This document shows, one piece after another, positions 1 to 12,167 of a stretch of 64,000 nucleotides of DNA (positions are counted from its first letter, which is position 1; the number at the start of each line of letters is the position of its first letter). The stretch covers positions 62,001 through 126,000 of the forward strand of contig NIVC01001566.1 of assembly GCA_002269645.1 (NCBI GenBank), read 5' to 3'. The stretch comes from Macrostomum lignano (Eukaryota). A program made the position numbers and the translations under genes. Under the pieces are notes generated by a model, which saw only the letters and a program-made list of their open reading frames with translations, searched no databases and was not told where the DNA came from.

Positions 1-116
<116 letters not shown>

Positions 117-152
117 CGCAAACAGAAACGAAGCCCCAAAAACCCCTGACAG

Positions 153-355
153 AGGAGCTCCTACGCGAAGCCTTCAAAGAGTTCGGCGCCATCATGGAGG
201 TGCGGGTCTTCAAGGAGAAGGGCTACGCCTTCATCCGATTCGACACGCACGAGGGTGCCACTAGGGCCATCATCACCATGCACGGCAAGGAGGTGGGCGG
301 CCAGCCCTGCAAGTGCTCCTGGGGCAAGGAGAGCAACGAGAAGGACGGAGCTGCG
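153..355 (+). CDS. TIA1: TIA-1/TIAR-family RNA-binding protein, internal exon encoding the third RRM
   Basis: Acceptor ctgacag|153 and donor 355|GTGAG. Translation EELLREAFKEFGAIMEVRVFKEKGYAFIRFDTHEGATRAIITMHGKEVGGQPCKCSWGKE has RNP1 KGYAFIRF and the C.WGKE ending typical of TIA-1/TIAR RRM3. Upstream exons lie outside the window; TIA1 vs TIAL1 cannot be resolved. Confidence 0.88.
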
Positions 356-643
356 GTGAGTTTTCTAGCGGATTTTTATTAAAAACAGACTTTGTTTCGC
401 TTATCAGTCTACTTAAAGTATAGTAGGATTAACAGAGGGTCGCTAGCCGAGTGGGTCCGGAGCATTAATCGTCAGTTCTGATTGTTAAGCAGACTTGGTT
501 TTGGTTAGTACTGTAGGAAGTTATCACGAGTTACAGTTACGAAGAACTGTGGCTCTAAAACACTCTGTAATTCGGGAGCTTTGAAGCGGTCACATCGGTC
601 ACGTGACTGCTATAAACAGCACCCACCAAACCCTCCATTGCAG

Positions 644-801
644 ACCCTCCTGACGCCATACAGTTATTATGCTGCGGCTGCTGCAGCGGCGGCGGCGGCC
701 GCCAATCCGCTGGCCTATCCGGGCTACGCCAGCCAGCTGGCCTTCCTGCAGCAGCAGCCGCTTAATCCGTACGCGACTGCCGCCGCTTATCCCACCGCCA
801 G
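644..801 (+). CDS. TIA1: TIA-1/TIAR-family gene, exon encoding the low-complexity Ala/Tyr/Gln/Pro prion-like tail
   Basis: Acceptor attgcag|644, donor 801|GTGAG. Phase 0 entry matches the previous exon; TLLTPYSYYAAAA...QQQPLNPYATAAAYPTA. Confidence 0.8.
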
Positions 802-889
802 GTGAGCTGTTGGATTGGTGTGGGATTTGTGTGGATTTTCGTGGATCGGTTTGTGGATTAGCGTGGATTGGGTGCATTTATGTGTATTG

Positions 890-1812
890 TTGTGGATTGG
901 TGTGGATTGTTATGGATTGGTGTGGATTGTTATGGATTGGTGTGGGTTGTTATGGATTGGTGTGGATTGTTATGGATTGGTGTGGGTTGTTATGGATTGG
1001 TGTATTGTTGTTATGGATTGGTGTGGATTGTTATGGATTTGTGTTGATTGTTATGGATTGGTGTGGATTGTTATGGATTGGTGTTGATTGTTATGGATAG
1101 GTGTGGATTGTTATGGATTGGTGTATTGTTGTTATGGATTGGTGTGGATTGTTATGGATTGGTGTGGATTGTTATGGATTGGTGTGGATTGTTATGGATT
1201 GGTGTGGGTTGTTATGGATTGGTGTGGATTGTTATGGATTGGTGTGGATTGTTATGGATTGGTGTGGGTTGTTATGAATTGGTGTGGATTGTTATGGATT
1301 GGTGTGGATTGTTATGGATTGGTGTGGGTTGTTATGGATTGGTGTGGATTGTTATGGATTGGTGTGGGTTGTTATGAATTGGTGTGGATTGTTATGGATT
1401 GGTGTGGATTGTTATGGATTGGTGTGGGTTGTTATGGGTTGGTGTTGATTGTTATGGATTGGTGTGGATTGTTATGGATTGGTGTATTGTTGTTATGGAT
1501 TGGTGTGGATTGTTATGGATTGGTGTGGATTGTTATGGATTGGTGTGGATTGTTATGGATTGGTGTGGATTGTTATGGATTGGTGTGGGTTGTTATGGAT
1601 TGGTGTGGATTGTTATGGATTGGTGTGGATTGTTATGGATTGGTGTGGATTGTTATGGATTGGTGTGGATTGTTATGGATTGGTGTGGGTTGTTATGGAT
1701 TGGTGTGGATTGTTATGGATTGGTGTGGATTGTTATGGATTGGTGTGGGTTGTTATGGATTGGTGTGGGTTCTTATGGATTGGTGTGGGTTGTTATGGAT
1801 TGGTGTGGATTG
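890..1812. repeat. 20-bp minisatellite (GGATTGGTGTGGATTGTTAT)n, intronic
   Basis: About 45 tandem copies directly visible; source of the spurious Trp/Cys/Val-rich ORFs. Confidence 0.97.
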
Positions 1813-1816
1813 GTAT

Positions 1817-2580
1817 GGTGCTGATTGGGGTGGGTGCTGATTCGGGTGGATGCTGATTGGGGTGGGTGCTGATTGGGGTGGGTGCTGATTGGGTTAGGTG
1901 CTGATTGGGGTGGGTGCTGATTCGGGATGGGTGCTGATTTGGGTGGGTGCTGATTGGGGTGGGTGCTGATGGGGTGGTTGCTGATTGGGGTGGGTGCTGA
2001 TTCGGGTGGGTGCTGATTGGGGTGGGTGCTAATTGGGGTGGGTGCTGATTGGGTTGGTTGCTGATTGGGGTGGGTGCTGATTCGGGTGGGTGCTGATTGG
2101 GGTGGATGCTGATTGGGGTGGGTGCTGATTGGGTGGGTGCTGATTGGGGTGGGTGCTGATTGAGTTGGGTGCTGATTGGGGTGGGTGCTGATTGGGGTGG
2201 GTGCTGATTGGGGTGGTTGCTGATTGGGGTGGGTGCTGATTGGGGTGGGTGCTGATTGGGGTGGGTGCTGATTGGGGTGGTTGCTGATTGGGGTGGGTGC
2301 TGATTGGGTTGGGTGCTGATTGGGGTGGGTGCTGATTTGGGTGGGTGCTGATTGGGGTGGGTGCTGATTGGGGTGGGTGCTGATTGGGGTGGTTGCTGAT
2401 TGGGGTGGGTGCTGATTGGGGTGGGTGCTGATTGGGTTGGGTGCTGATTGGGGTGGGTGCTGATTTGGGTGGGTGCTGATTGGGGTGGTTGCTGATTGGG
2501 GTGGGTGCTGATTGGGGTGGGTGCTGATTGGGTTGGGTGCTGATTGGGGTGGGTGCTGATTTGGGTGGGTGCTTATTTGG
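1817..2580. repeat. 16-bp G-rich minisatellite (GCTGATTGGGGTGGGT)n, intronic
   Basis: Tandem 16-mers; the antisense ORF repeats every 16 aa (3 x 16 nt). Confidence 0.97.
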
Positions 2581-2646
2581 CGGGTGGACGTCGAGATAAG
2601 AGCACAGAGACAGAGCTCACTGGAATCTCCCCCACCCAATCTACAG

Positions 2647-2752
2647 CGGCGCAATGCTGAACGGTTACGCCACGGTGAGCAGCTCCCAGCTGGTGAGCCA
2701 GGCCTACGGAACCCCCACCGGACTGCCTGGCGCCTACCAGCACGCTCACTGA
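2647..2752 (+). CDS. TIA1: TIA-1/TIAR-family gene, terminal coding exon
   Basis: Acceptor ctacag|2647. Phase-2 join gives S-GAMLNGYATVSSSQLVSQAYGTPTGLPGAYQHAH-TGA(2750-2752). Not in the ORF track. Confidence 0.75.
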
Positions 2753-4114
2753 CCTGCTCCAGCAGTTGCCAGATCAAAAGAATCTGGATAGCAACATATT
2801 TGAGCTATCTGGCTGCTCAATCCAGCGACTGTAACTCTGACTCTGACGGGAGGGAGAAAGCCATCTGTGCACTCAAAATTTAGCTGTAAAAATCGTCCAA
2901 AAGCCAAAACAGTGCGCATCGTTTCATCAAGTGTCATTTCCGTTTTTTTGCTGTCTTCGAATCATCAAATGCCTAAGCATATTCCAATTGAGATTGAGCA
3001 CTGAGACATTTTTAACTGGCTTGATTTCCGCTCCTTTCGCTGCTTTAAACGCTTCAAAAAAGTCTCCAGAATCCCCGATGCAGTAGTAATTGCCTGACAG
3101 TCTGCCTGTACTGCTGTCTTTTGATCAGAACCACAGATACTAAATAACTAGATGGGCAACTCAGGCATATATACTTAGCAAAACAGCCTTCTACTTTCAG
3201 TTCAGTAGCAAAGAAGAATCATAAGCTATTCTATAAAAATAAAGGCAGCTGAAATGACTTTGATAAGCTTAGAAGCCCAAGCTTGCAGGCGTAAACAGCT
3301 TGCTAATTGGTTCAGCAATAATGTACATTAGCCAGTCCACTGAAATGTACATGGCAGCTTTAGGCTGGAATTCCGAGAGAGAGAGAGAGGGAGGCAATAA
3401 AAATTGGGGCGGGGCGGGGATACTGTGGAGAGGTGCGGTTGGAGGGTTTAAGCTGGAGGGTAATAAATGAATGGGGTATAAAAGAGCCAATAAATAAGCC
3501 TTGGCTTTAAAAATACAGTAAAATGCTTCTGTTTAACTTACTACTGAACTGAAAGTAGCTTACACGCAAATGTGCTGAGTGGCCTATCTGGCTGTTCTAG
3601 TATCTGTGATCAGAACAAAAAAATCCATAAATAAATAAATAAACTAAATAATTCTGGTCGTGCTGTGAGGCCTTTGCATAGCGCTGTTGGGCCTGAAAAG
3701 AAAGTCTTTGACTTAGTTTTAATATCCTGGGTCTGGATCGCTTGAAAGCAACAAAGCAATTTTAATGTGTGCCTATTTATTTGCGAATATAATTGCACTT
3801 GTTTGACAGAATTACTTGAAATTCTTGTTAAATATAAAATTTTAATATTTCTACTGCAAGTAGTGAGTGAGATGAGTAGAAATAAACAATTTAAGTGCCT
3901 GTAGGATAACTGGATGTCTGTTGTCAATTCAAGCAAAGATTTGGCATGCAAAAGCGACTGGTGGATCTTTATGGTCTGTTATTAAAATATAATTTAATTA
4001 GAGAATTGTAGTGAGATTCTACCTTAAAATAAAGACACTTGGCTGAGATCATATCTCCCATTCCAATCTCATAGGTGAGGTGTAACATCGTATATTTGAT
4101 GTAGGAGCCTTATA

Positions 4115-5110
4115 GTTGAGATTCTACCTCAGAATGGGGTCTTATGGGAAAGATTGTACCTCAGATAGGATTCTAATGGGTGAGATTCTACCTCAGCTTG
4201 GAGTCTCAGGGGTGAGATTCTACCTCAGATTGGGGCTCGTGGGTGAGATTCAACCTCAGAATGGGGTCTCATGGGTGAGATTCAACCTCAGAATGGTGTC
4301 TCATAGGTGAGATTCTACCTCAGAATGGAGTCTCATGGGAAAGATTGTACCTCAGATAGGATTCTAATGGGTGAGATTCTACCTCAGCTTGGAGTCTCAG
4401 GGGTGAGATTCTACCTCAGATTGGGGCTCGTGGGTGAGATTCAACCTCAGAATGGGGTCTCATGGGTGAGATTCAACCTCAGAATGGTGTCTCATAGGTG
4501 AGATTCTACCTCAGAATGGGGTCTCATGGGAAAGATTGCACCTCAGATAGGATTCTAATGGGTGAGATTCTACCTCAGCTTGGAGTCTCAGGGGTGAGAT
4601 TCTACCTCAGATTGGGGCTCGTGGGTGAGATTCAACCTCAGAATGGGGCTCGTGGGTGAGATTCAACCTCAGATTGGTGTCTCATAGGTGAGATTCTACC
4701 TCAGAATGGAGTCTCATGGGAAAGATTGTACCTCAGATAGGATTCTAATGGGTGAGATTCTACCTCAGCTTGGAGTCTCAGGGGTGAGATTCTATCTCAG
4801 ATTGGGGCTCGTGGGTGAGATTCAACCTCAGATTGGGGCTCGTGGGTGAGATTCAACCTCAGATTGGGGCTCGTGGGTGAGATTCTACCTCAGATTGGGG
4901 CTCGTGGGTGAGATTCAACCTCAGATTGGGGCTCGTGGGTGAGATTCTACCTCAGATTGGGGCTCGTGGGTGAGATTCAACCTCAGAATGGGGTCTCATG
5001 GGTGAGATTCTACCTCAGAATGGTGTCTCATAGGTGAGATTCTACCTCAGAATGGGGTCTCATGGGTGAGATTCTACCCCAGAATGAAGACCTATGAGAT
5101 TCGAACCTCA
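4115..5110. repeat. ~32-bp tandem repeat (GTGAGATTCTACCTCAGAATGGGGTCTCATGG) with ~191-bp higher-order period
   Basis: ORFs at 4116 and 4307 are near-identical with offset 191; the unit is visible throughout. Confidence 0.93.
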
Positions 5111-5226
5111 GGATGAAGTCATAAAGTTGAGATTCTATTGTACCGTATAACAGGTTTAGATTTCACAACATAAGCGCTATTTAACCTTAAAACTTAAGTC
5201 CTTCTAGTGTTATTATCTGCGGGGCA

Positions 5227-5398
5227 TCAGTTGAACAGCAGGTTTCTGTAGCAGCTGAGCAGCTCCGTAATGCTCGTGGCGTAGCGGCTAAACGTCCGCA
5301 CCACCCTATAGCGGTGCGCCCGTTCGAAGTTCGAATTGGCCATTTCATAGTACTCGCAGTCGGCCAGAGTCAGCGACTTAAGCAGCGGGCATTTGCTT
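5227..5398 (-). CDS. F-box/LRR-repeat protein, exon 7 (terminal)
   Basis: Acceptor ttccag|5398. SKCPLLKSLTLADCEYYEMANSNFERAHRYRVVRTFSRYATSITELLSCYRNLLFN-TGA. Phase consistent with exon 6. Confidence 0.85.
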
Positions 5399-5439
5399 CT
5401 GGAATTTAGAGAGAGAGAGACCTTGGCCTTGAAGTGAGA

Positions 5440-5790
5440 AAGCGTCGGTGGGGGAATCCCGCCTTCTTTGACTTTGAACGGGTCGGTGAGGGAATCCCAC
5501 CTTCTTTGACCTTGAACGGGTCAGTGAGGGAATCCTGCCTTCTCTGACCTTGAAGTTAGGGGTTGGTGGGGGAATCCCGCCTTCTTTGACCTTGAACGGA
5601 TCGGTGAGGGAATCCTGCCTTCTATGACCTTGAACGGGTCGGTGGGGAAATCCCGCCTTCTTTGACCTTGAACGGAACAGTAGAGAATCTCTCCATGACC
5701 TTAAACGGGTCGGTGGAGGAATATCGCCTTCTTTGACCTTGAACGGGTCGGTGTGGAATCCCTTTTTATGACCTTGAATGGGTCGTTGGG
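5440..5790. repeat. ~38-bp intronic minisatellite
   Basis: Unit CCTTCTTTGACCTTGAACGGGTCGGTGAGGGAATCCCG, about 9 diverged copies. Confidence 0.9.
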
Positions 5791-5823
5791 ATACCCACCC
5801 TGACTTTTAGGATGATGACTCAC

Positions 5824-6003
5824 CGAATATCGTCGATAAACTTTCCGCTCTTATGGCTGAATCTAATCGTTGTCACGTCCCATTGGATCTCGAGCCTCTC
5901 GAGCTTCTGGCAGTTGCTAGCAAAGGCGTTAATGACCTGGTCAATGTGCACCTTCGTGTTGAGCTCAAAGTACCAGCCGTCGCGCTGGCCTAAAGTGCAG
6001 ATT
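5824..6003 (-). CDS. F-box/LRR-repeat protein, exon 6
   Basis: Acceptor ccgcag|6003, donor 5824|GTGAGT. ICTLGQRDGWYFELNTKVHIDQVINAFASNCQKLERLEIQWDVTTIRFSHKSGKFIDDIR. Confidence 0.85.
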
Positions 6004-6171
6004 CTGCGGGTAGAGGCAGATGCTGAAAATTTTGCGACTTAATTGTATTGAACGATACCATTACGGACTTCAAGAGCGATCTTAAGGGCTGAGAGGCGAT
6101 TCTCAGGGGCGAAGAGGCGATTCTCAGGGGCGGAGAGGCGATTCTCAGGTGCGGAGAGTTAGGAGTCTCAC

Positions 6172-6374
6172 TGCAGGTTTCTCAGCAGCGGTATGTTGGC
6201 CGTCCAGAAGAACTCATTGAGCAGCGGCTTGCCGTGCAGCATGAGGCCGCTGAGCTGCGGGCCGCACCTGCGGAGGAATCTCCCGATGGCTGCCTCGCTC
6301 AGGCTGGCCGTGTAGCTGATGTCTATGGCCCGGAGCTCGCGGAAACTGCCCTTCTGCATCAGCCGGTCCAGAAT
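6172..6374 (-). CDS. F-box/LRR-repeat protein, exon 5
   Basis: Acceptor aatcag|6374, donor 6172|GTGAGA. ILDRLMQKGSFRELRAIDISYTASLSEAAIGRFLRRCGPQLSGLMLHG... (LRR pattern). Confidence 0.85.
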
Positions 6375-6419
6375 CTGATTGTTGCCAAGAGGAGAATGGT
6401 TGGGGTTATTGGTCAGTCA

Positions 6420-6880
6420 TGATGTATGAATCATGAGCAATTCATGAGCGATTTACGAGCGATTCAGGAGTGATTCAGGAGTGATTCATGAGTGATGCAT
6501 GAGTGATGGATGAGTGATGGATGAGTGATGGATGAGTGATGGATGAGTGATGGATGAGTGATGGATGAGTGATGGATGAGTGATTCATGACTGATTCATG
6601 AGTGACTCATGAGTGATTCACGGGTGATTCATGAGTGATTCATGACTGATTCATGACTGATTCATGAGTGATTCACGGGTGATTCATGAGTGATTCATGG
6701 GTGATTCATGAGTGATTCATGAGTGATTCACGGGTGATTCATGAGTGATTCATGGGTGATTCATGAGTGATTCATGAGTGATTCAAGAGTGATTCACGGG
6801 TGATTCATGAGTGATTCATGAGTGATTCATGATTGATTCATGAGTGATTCATGAGTGATTCATGAGTGATTCATGATTAG
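6420..6880. repeat. 11-bp intronic minisatellite (GAGTGATTCAT / GAGTGATGGAT)n
   Basis: Directly visible tandem 11-mers. Confidence 0.93.
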
Positions 6881-7099
6881 AATTTCTAATCGTTAGGCAT
6901 GTACACTTCACTGTGCCTTAGGGGTTGGCCCTCAATTGCGTTAATTTCTCGAGCAGAGCCAAGCCGGGATTCCAATTTAGCCCCAAAATAAATGTGACTG
7001 CACTTGGATCGAGCCTGGGCCGCAGGCACATAAGCTGCTACTACTTCGATATTGGCTGAAGTTGGAGTCATGATACCCATAGCCGGTAGAACAGCTGAC

Positions 7100-7266
7100 C
7101 GGGTCAGTGAAGAAGTCGCAATAGCCGACTGCGAGGTACTGGAAGCTGACAATTCTTCCCAGCACATTGTCCAGGCAAGCCGATGATAGCTCCGTTGAGG
7201 TGATGTCCAGCTCAGTGACGTGGGTGGCGGCCCATTCAACCGCCATCATGTGCTCGTCTTTCAGGT
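7100..7266 (-). CDS. F-box/LRR-repeat protein, exon 4
   Basis: Acceptor tgccag|7266, donor 7100|GTCAGC. LKDEHMMAVEWAATHVTELDITSTELSSACLDNVLGRIVSFQYLAVGYCDFFTDP. Confidence 0.85.
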
Positions 7267-7509
7267 CTGGCAAAGAGCAATTGGCAAGTTTGCACTGGTT
7301 TAGTGAGTAGCCTCGATATTGCTTTTAAACTGGTTGTATATGCCTTTTAATGCCTTTTATGTGGGCGATTCTCAATGCTAGTTTAGGGCGATTCTCACCG
7401 CTAGTTTAGGGCGATTCTGATTTATGGATGTTTGCTCGTTTCTAGTTGAAGGGTAATTTAGATAAAGGGGTTCCTACTTGTTTCTACCTGTGGTTCAGTA
7501 GGGGGGGGG

Positions 7510-8222
7510 GGCTATTTCCAACAGTGGATCAGTGGGGATTCCCAACAGTGGATCAGGGGGATTCCCAACAGTGGATCAGGGGGGATTCCCAACAGTGGAT
7601 CAGAGGGGGGGGCGATTCCCAACAGTGGATCAGGGGGGAGGCGATTCCCAGCAGTGGATCAGGGGGGGGCGATTCCCAACAGTGGATCAGGGGGGGGCGA
7701 TTCCCAACAGTGGATCGGGGGGGGAGGCGATTCCCAACAGTGGATCAGGGGGGGGGGCGATTCCCAACAGTGGATCAGGGGGGGGCGATTCCCAACAGTG
7801 GATCAGGGGGGGGCGATTCCCAACAGTGGATCAGGGGGGGGAGGCGATTCCCAACAGTGGATCAGGGGGGGGGGGCGATTCCCAACAGTGGATCAGAGGG
7901 GGGGCGATTCCCAACAGTGGATCAGGGGGGGGAGGCGATTCCCAACAGTGGATCAGGGGGGGGGCGATTCCCAACAGTGGATCAGGGGGGGGGGCGATTC
8001 CCAACAGTGGATCAGGGGGGGGGCGATTCCCAACAGTGGATCAGGGGGGGGGGGCGATTCCCAACAATGGATCAGGGGGGAGGCGATTCCCAACAGTGGA
8101 TCAGGGGGGGGCGATTCCCAACAGTGGATCAGAGGGGGGGCGATTCCCAACAGTGGATCAGAGGGGGGGGCGATTCCCAACAGTGGATCAGAGGGGGGGG
8201 CGATTCCCAACAATGGATCAAA
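7510..8222. repeat. ~30-bp intronic minisatellite with variable G-runs (GGCGATTCCCAACAGTGGATCA-G7-11)
   Basis: More than 20 tandem copies visible. Confidence 0.95.
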
Positions 8223-8285
8223 GGGATTTTCTTGTTTCAGCAACTACACTGAGGCGATTTGCAAAATGCCAGCTCCAAGTCTCAC

Positions 8286-8552
8286 CGCAATGATGCAGCA
8301 GCAGAGTTTTAATCTTCTTGCACTTTTCCAGCAGCACTTTGAGCGAAGCGCCGGTCACTTTGATGCAAAAGTTGAGCGCGACGCACTCCAGATGGACGCA
8401 GTTGTAGGACAGCAGCTCCACGTGGGTGTCGTCTACGAACATCACGCCGTAGAGGTTCACCACCCGGAGGTTGGGTGTGTGGGACTTGATCTTGCTCAGA
8501 TTGATCACCTCGTAGATCTCTTCCTCCTCTTCTGTGCTCTGCTCGAATGTGC
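8286..8552 (-). CDS. F-box/LRR-repeat protein, exon 3
   Basis: Acceptor acccag|8552, donor 8286|GTGAG. TFEQSTEEEEEIYEVINLSKIKSHTPNLRVVNLYGVMFVDD...NCVHLECVALNFCIKVTG (cysteine-containing LRRs). Confidence 0.88.
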
Positions 8553-8574
8553 CTGGGTGATGTTTTGTACGGTA

Positions 8575-9740
8575 GGGGAGTTGATACAACATGACAAACT
8601 GACCAATTGATAGATTGATACAGCATGACAAACTGACCAATTGATAGATTGATACATCATGACAAACTGACCAATTGATTGATTGATACATCATGACAAA
8701 CTGATCAATTGATTGATTGATACAGCATGACAAACTGATCAATTGATTGATTGATACAGCATGACAAACTGATCAATTGATTGATTGATACAGCATGACA
8801 AACTGACCAATTGATAGATTGATACATCATGACAAACTGACCAATTGATTGATTGATACAACATGACAAACTGACCAATTGATTGATTGATACAGCATGA
8901 CAAACTGACCAATTGATAGATTGATACAACATGACAAACTGATCAATTGATTGATTGATACAGCATGACAAACTGACCAATTGATAGATTGATACATCAT
9001 GACAAACTGATCAATTGATTGATTGATACAGCATGACAAACTGATCAATTGATTGATTGATACAGCATGACAAACTGATCAATTGATTGATTGATACAGC
9101 ATGACAAACTGACCAATTGATAGATTGATACATCATGACAAACTGACCAATTGATTGATTGATACAGCATGACAAACTAAATAATTGATTGATTGATACA
9201 GCATGACAAACTGACCAATTGATAGATTGATACAACATGACAAACTGATCAATTGATTGATTGATACAGCATGACAAACTGACCAATTGATTGATTGATA
9301 CAGCATGACAAACTGACCAATTGATAGATTGATACAGCATGACAAACTGAATAATTGATTGATTGATACAGCATGACAAACTGACCAATTGATTGATTGA
9401 TACAGCATGACAAACTGAATAATTGATTGATTGATACAGCATGACAAACTGATCAATTGATAGATTGATACAGCATGACAAACTGATCAATTGATTGATT
9501 GATACAGCATGACAAACTGACCAATTGATAGATTGATACATCATGACAAACTGACCAATTGATTGATTGATACAGCATGACAAACTGAATAATTGATTGA
9601 TTGATACAGCATGACAAACTGAATAATTGATTGATTGAAACAGCATGACAAACTGACCAATTGATTGATTGATACATCATGACAAACTGACCAATCGATA
9701 GATTGATACAGCATGACAGACTGACAAGTTGATAGACTGA
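8575..9740. repeat. 34-bp intronic minisatellite (CTGATCAATTGATTGATTGATACAGCATGACAAA)n
   Basis: Period 34 (e.g. 8701 vs 8735); fills essentially the whole intron. Confidence 0.96.
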
Positions 9741-9754
9741 ATGCTCAGCCTCAC

Positions 9755-10238
9755 CAATCAGATGCAGCACCTGCACACTGGACAGGCAGTGGTAAATCTT
9801 GCGCATGAGGCCCTCCATGAAAATTACGTCGCTAAGACAGACGCACAGATTCTCCAAATTCGCGGGGAAATCCACCAGATCAGTGTAATCGTGCAGCTGC
9901 ATCGCTTTGCTGAAGTCCAGCGTCATGCAGCGCAGGTTGACGCACTGCCTGGCCAGCTCCTCCAGCACCGGGACAATGATCAGCTCGCACGGCAGCTCGA
10001 TGCTGCGCAGTCCGGTTGAGAAGCGGCAGCCGATCAGCTCGATGAACTGGTTCACGTTGCTCACGGATAAGCCGCCGTACTCAGGCCGTAGGCGGACATT
10101 CTTCCACAGCCGGGTGTCGTAGGCGAGCTCGCGCCAACGGCTGCACACCTGGCAGATCAGGCACAGGTCCTTGTGCGATAGGTAGCTGAACACGCGGAGG
10201 GCCAGCTTGCTGGGCAGGTCGTTGAAATTGAAGTTGCT
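9755..10238 (-). CDS. F-box/LRR-repeat protein, exon 2 (F-box domain)
   Basis: F-box motif FNDLPSKLALRVFSYLSHKDLCLICQVCSRWRELAYDTRLWKNV; donor 9755|GTGAG. The 10238 start assumes the pyrimidine-rich acceptor cgttcccgcag; the ORF track instead starts at ATG 10283. Confidence 0.88.
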
Positions 10239-10879
10239 CTGCGGGAACGACGCGGGCGAGAGGCGGCTGTTCAGGGGTCGCATTGGGGTGGAACGGGAGT
10301 GTGATAATGGTAGCTTGTACGAGTAGAACGGTAACTACGCTCGTAGCTGGCCAAAAAGCGTCCTGGAGTCACGAGAGTCATTTCAGAATAGTTGCAGGTA
10401 ACGCAAATAAGATAGGAAAGAAGCGACTCTACCGGTAGACGATTCTAAAACGACGAGTTGTCACGGTACAAGTCGTCAAAAAGTCGTTTAAGAGTCGCCC
10501 AGTTTGAGACGTTTGATTGTCTGCGGCTCTTACCCACCTCCCAACTCTGGGGCGGTTCTATAACGCCTTTAGGGGCCGTAAAGTCGAATCTCAGGCGTGC
10601 TATAGGGTCGCTGCAGCATCACCAAGCATCTGCGTCATTTATGAATTAGAAGCGCATTTTGGATTTATCATATAACAACTCCATTTAGTCTACTTGAGTT
10701 AGTATAGAAAACGACTATTGCAGAACGAGTTTTTCACGATTCTACAACTCACGTGACGCGCTCGTGACTCAACAGTCGTCTCTCCATCGCATCACAGTCG
10801 TTAAAAAGTCATAAGAGTCGTCCCAGAATCACTTGTTAATTCTTTTCAATGACTAGCGATTCTTGTCATGGTAACGGGG

Positions 10880-11190
10880 TAAAACGGAAGTAGCTTTGTC
10901 AGGGAGACTGGGTAGAACGGAAGTAGCTTGTCCGGGAGACGGGGTAGAACGGAAGTAGCTTGTCAGGGAGACGGGGTAGAACGGAAGTAGCTTGTCAGGG
11001 AGACGGGGTAGAACGGAAGTAGCTTGTCAGGGAGACGGGGTAGAACGGAAGTAGCTTGTCAGGGAGACTGGGTAGAACGGAAGTAGCTTGTCAGGGAGAG
11101 AGGGTAGAACGGAAGTAGCTTGTCCGGGAGACTGGGTAGAACGGAAGTAGCTTGTCAGGGGTAGGGGGTAGAACGGAAGTAGCTTGTCAG
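10880..11190. repeat. 32-bp intronic minisatellite (GTAGAACGGAAGTAGCTTGTCAGGGAGACGGG)n
   Basis: Period 32 (10921 vs 10953), about 9 copies. Confidence 0.93.
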
Positions 11191-12167
11191 GGAGTGACTG
11201 CATTTCACTGGCCACTTATATTATATGCACTCAGGTGCACGAGTTCAGCCACTGTACCAAGCATATTAATCATACATAATATCATAATTTTTGCTTTCAA
11301 ACAACCTCGCGCACGAACAAGTTCGATATACATATATAAATCCTAATTTGAATCTTTTCAGAAAATTTCTGGAACTCAATTCTAACTACGATTGTGCACA
11401 TGAACATGTAATAGTAAGTAATAATATAACAGTAATACGATAAGCCTCATACTCATGATGAGGCTCTAGGTTATTCTTGACGAGATCGAATTGGCGAGCT
11501 GATCGAAGGCAGGAGTGGGAAGGGGGAGACGAGAGGGAGAGAGAGAACAAGGACCAGTTCAAGGAGCAATATCTTCTAGTTTCCATCTCGCCTCCTCCCT
11601 AACTGTATAGGACGGCATTGGATATCCCCAATATATCCTATATAGGCTACAATTAGTTTCTCCACCCCCAAATGCGGGGGCGAAACTGGCCCGCCCCTCA
11701 TCAAGAAGCTGGATCTCTGGAATGCAGCTATAGTGACTCAGTGGGCCAGACTTGCGCATACAATATATTTACAGTAAAGTTAGTTATGACTGGAGCCTCC
11801 TGAATGGCCATGATGGAACACTTTGCCGACAATTCTCCTAGCCGGCACTGAACTGGAGAAAAAGCTTTCCTTTTTTCAAAGGTCGACAAGCGCCAAAGTA
11901 GCAGCAGCAGCAAAGACAGCCGCTATTTTCTATCTTGCAGCGCTAGCAGGCAAACCAAATTAGACGCTTCTCCATCAGCTGTCATCCGAGCATGCATGCG
12001 CAGCACACGAGCGGCCATACAGTACCCGGTACAGGACAGCGGAGTGGCATTTCCGATGCGTTTGTCTTCGAAAGCAGAGTTGCTAATATTTTATCGAGCT
12101 GGATAGATTTTTGATTTATCATTACTTAAGTACACTGTGTACTAAAACTGTGTGAACGCTAGCCTAC

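Noticed and set aside
436-520. tRNA-like A-box (TAGCCGAGTGG)
   Set aside because: No B-box or cloverleaf follows; at most a decayed SINE head.
669-2777. Long Trp/Cys/Val-rich and His/Pro/Gln-rich ORFs
   Set aside because: They are translations of the 20-bp and 16-bp arrays inside a GT-AG intron whose flanking exons join in frame.
7446-9740. Gly-rich and SINQ-repeat ORFs
   Set aside because: Products of intronic minisatellites in the F-box/LRR gene.
10239-10283. ATG 10283 as the F-box gene start
   Set aside because: The segment resembles a branch point and pyrimidine tract ending in CAG, and a better upstream exon exists at 12168-12248. Not fully excluded.
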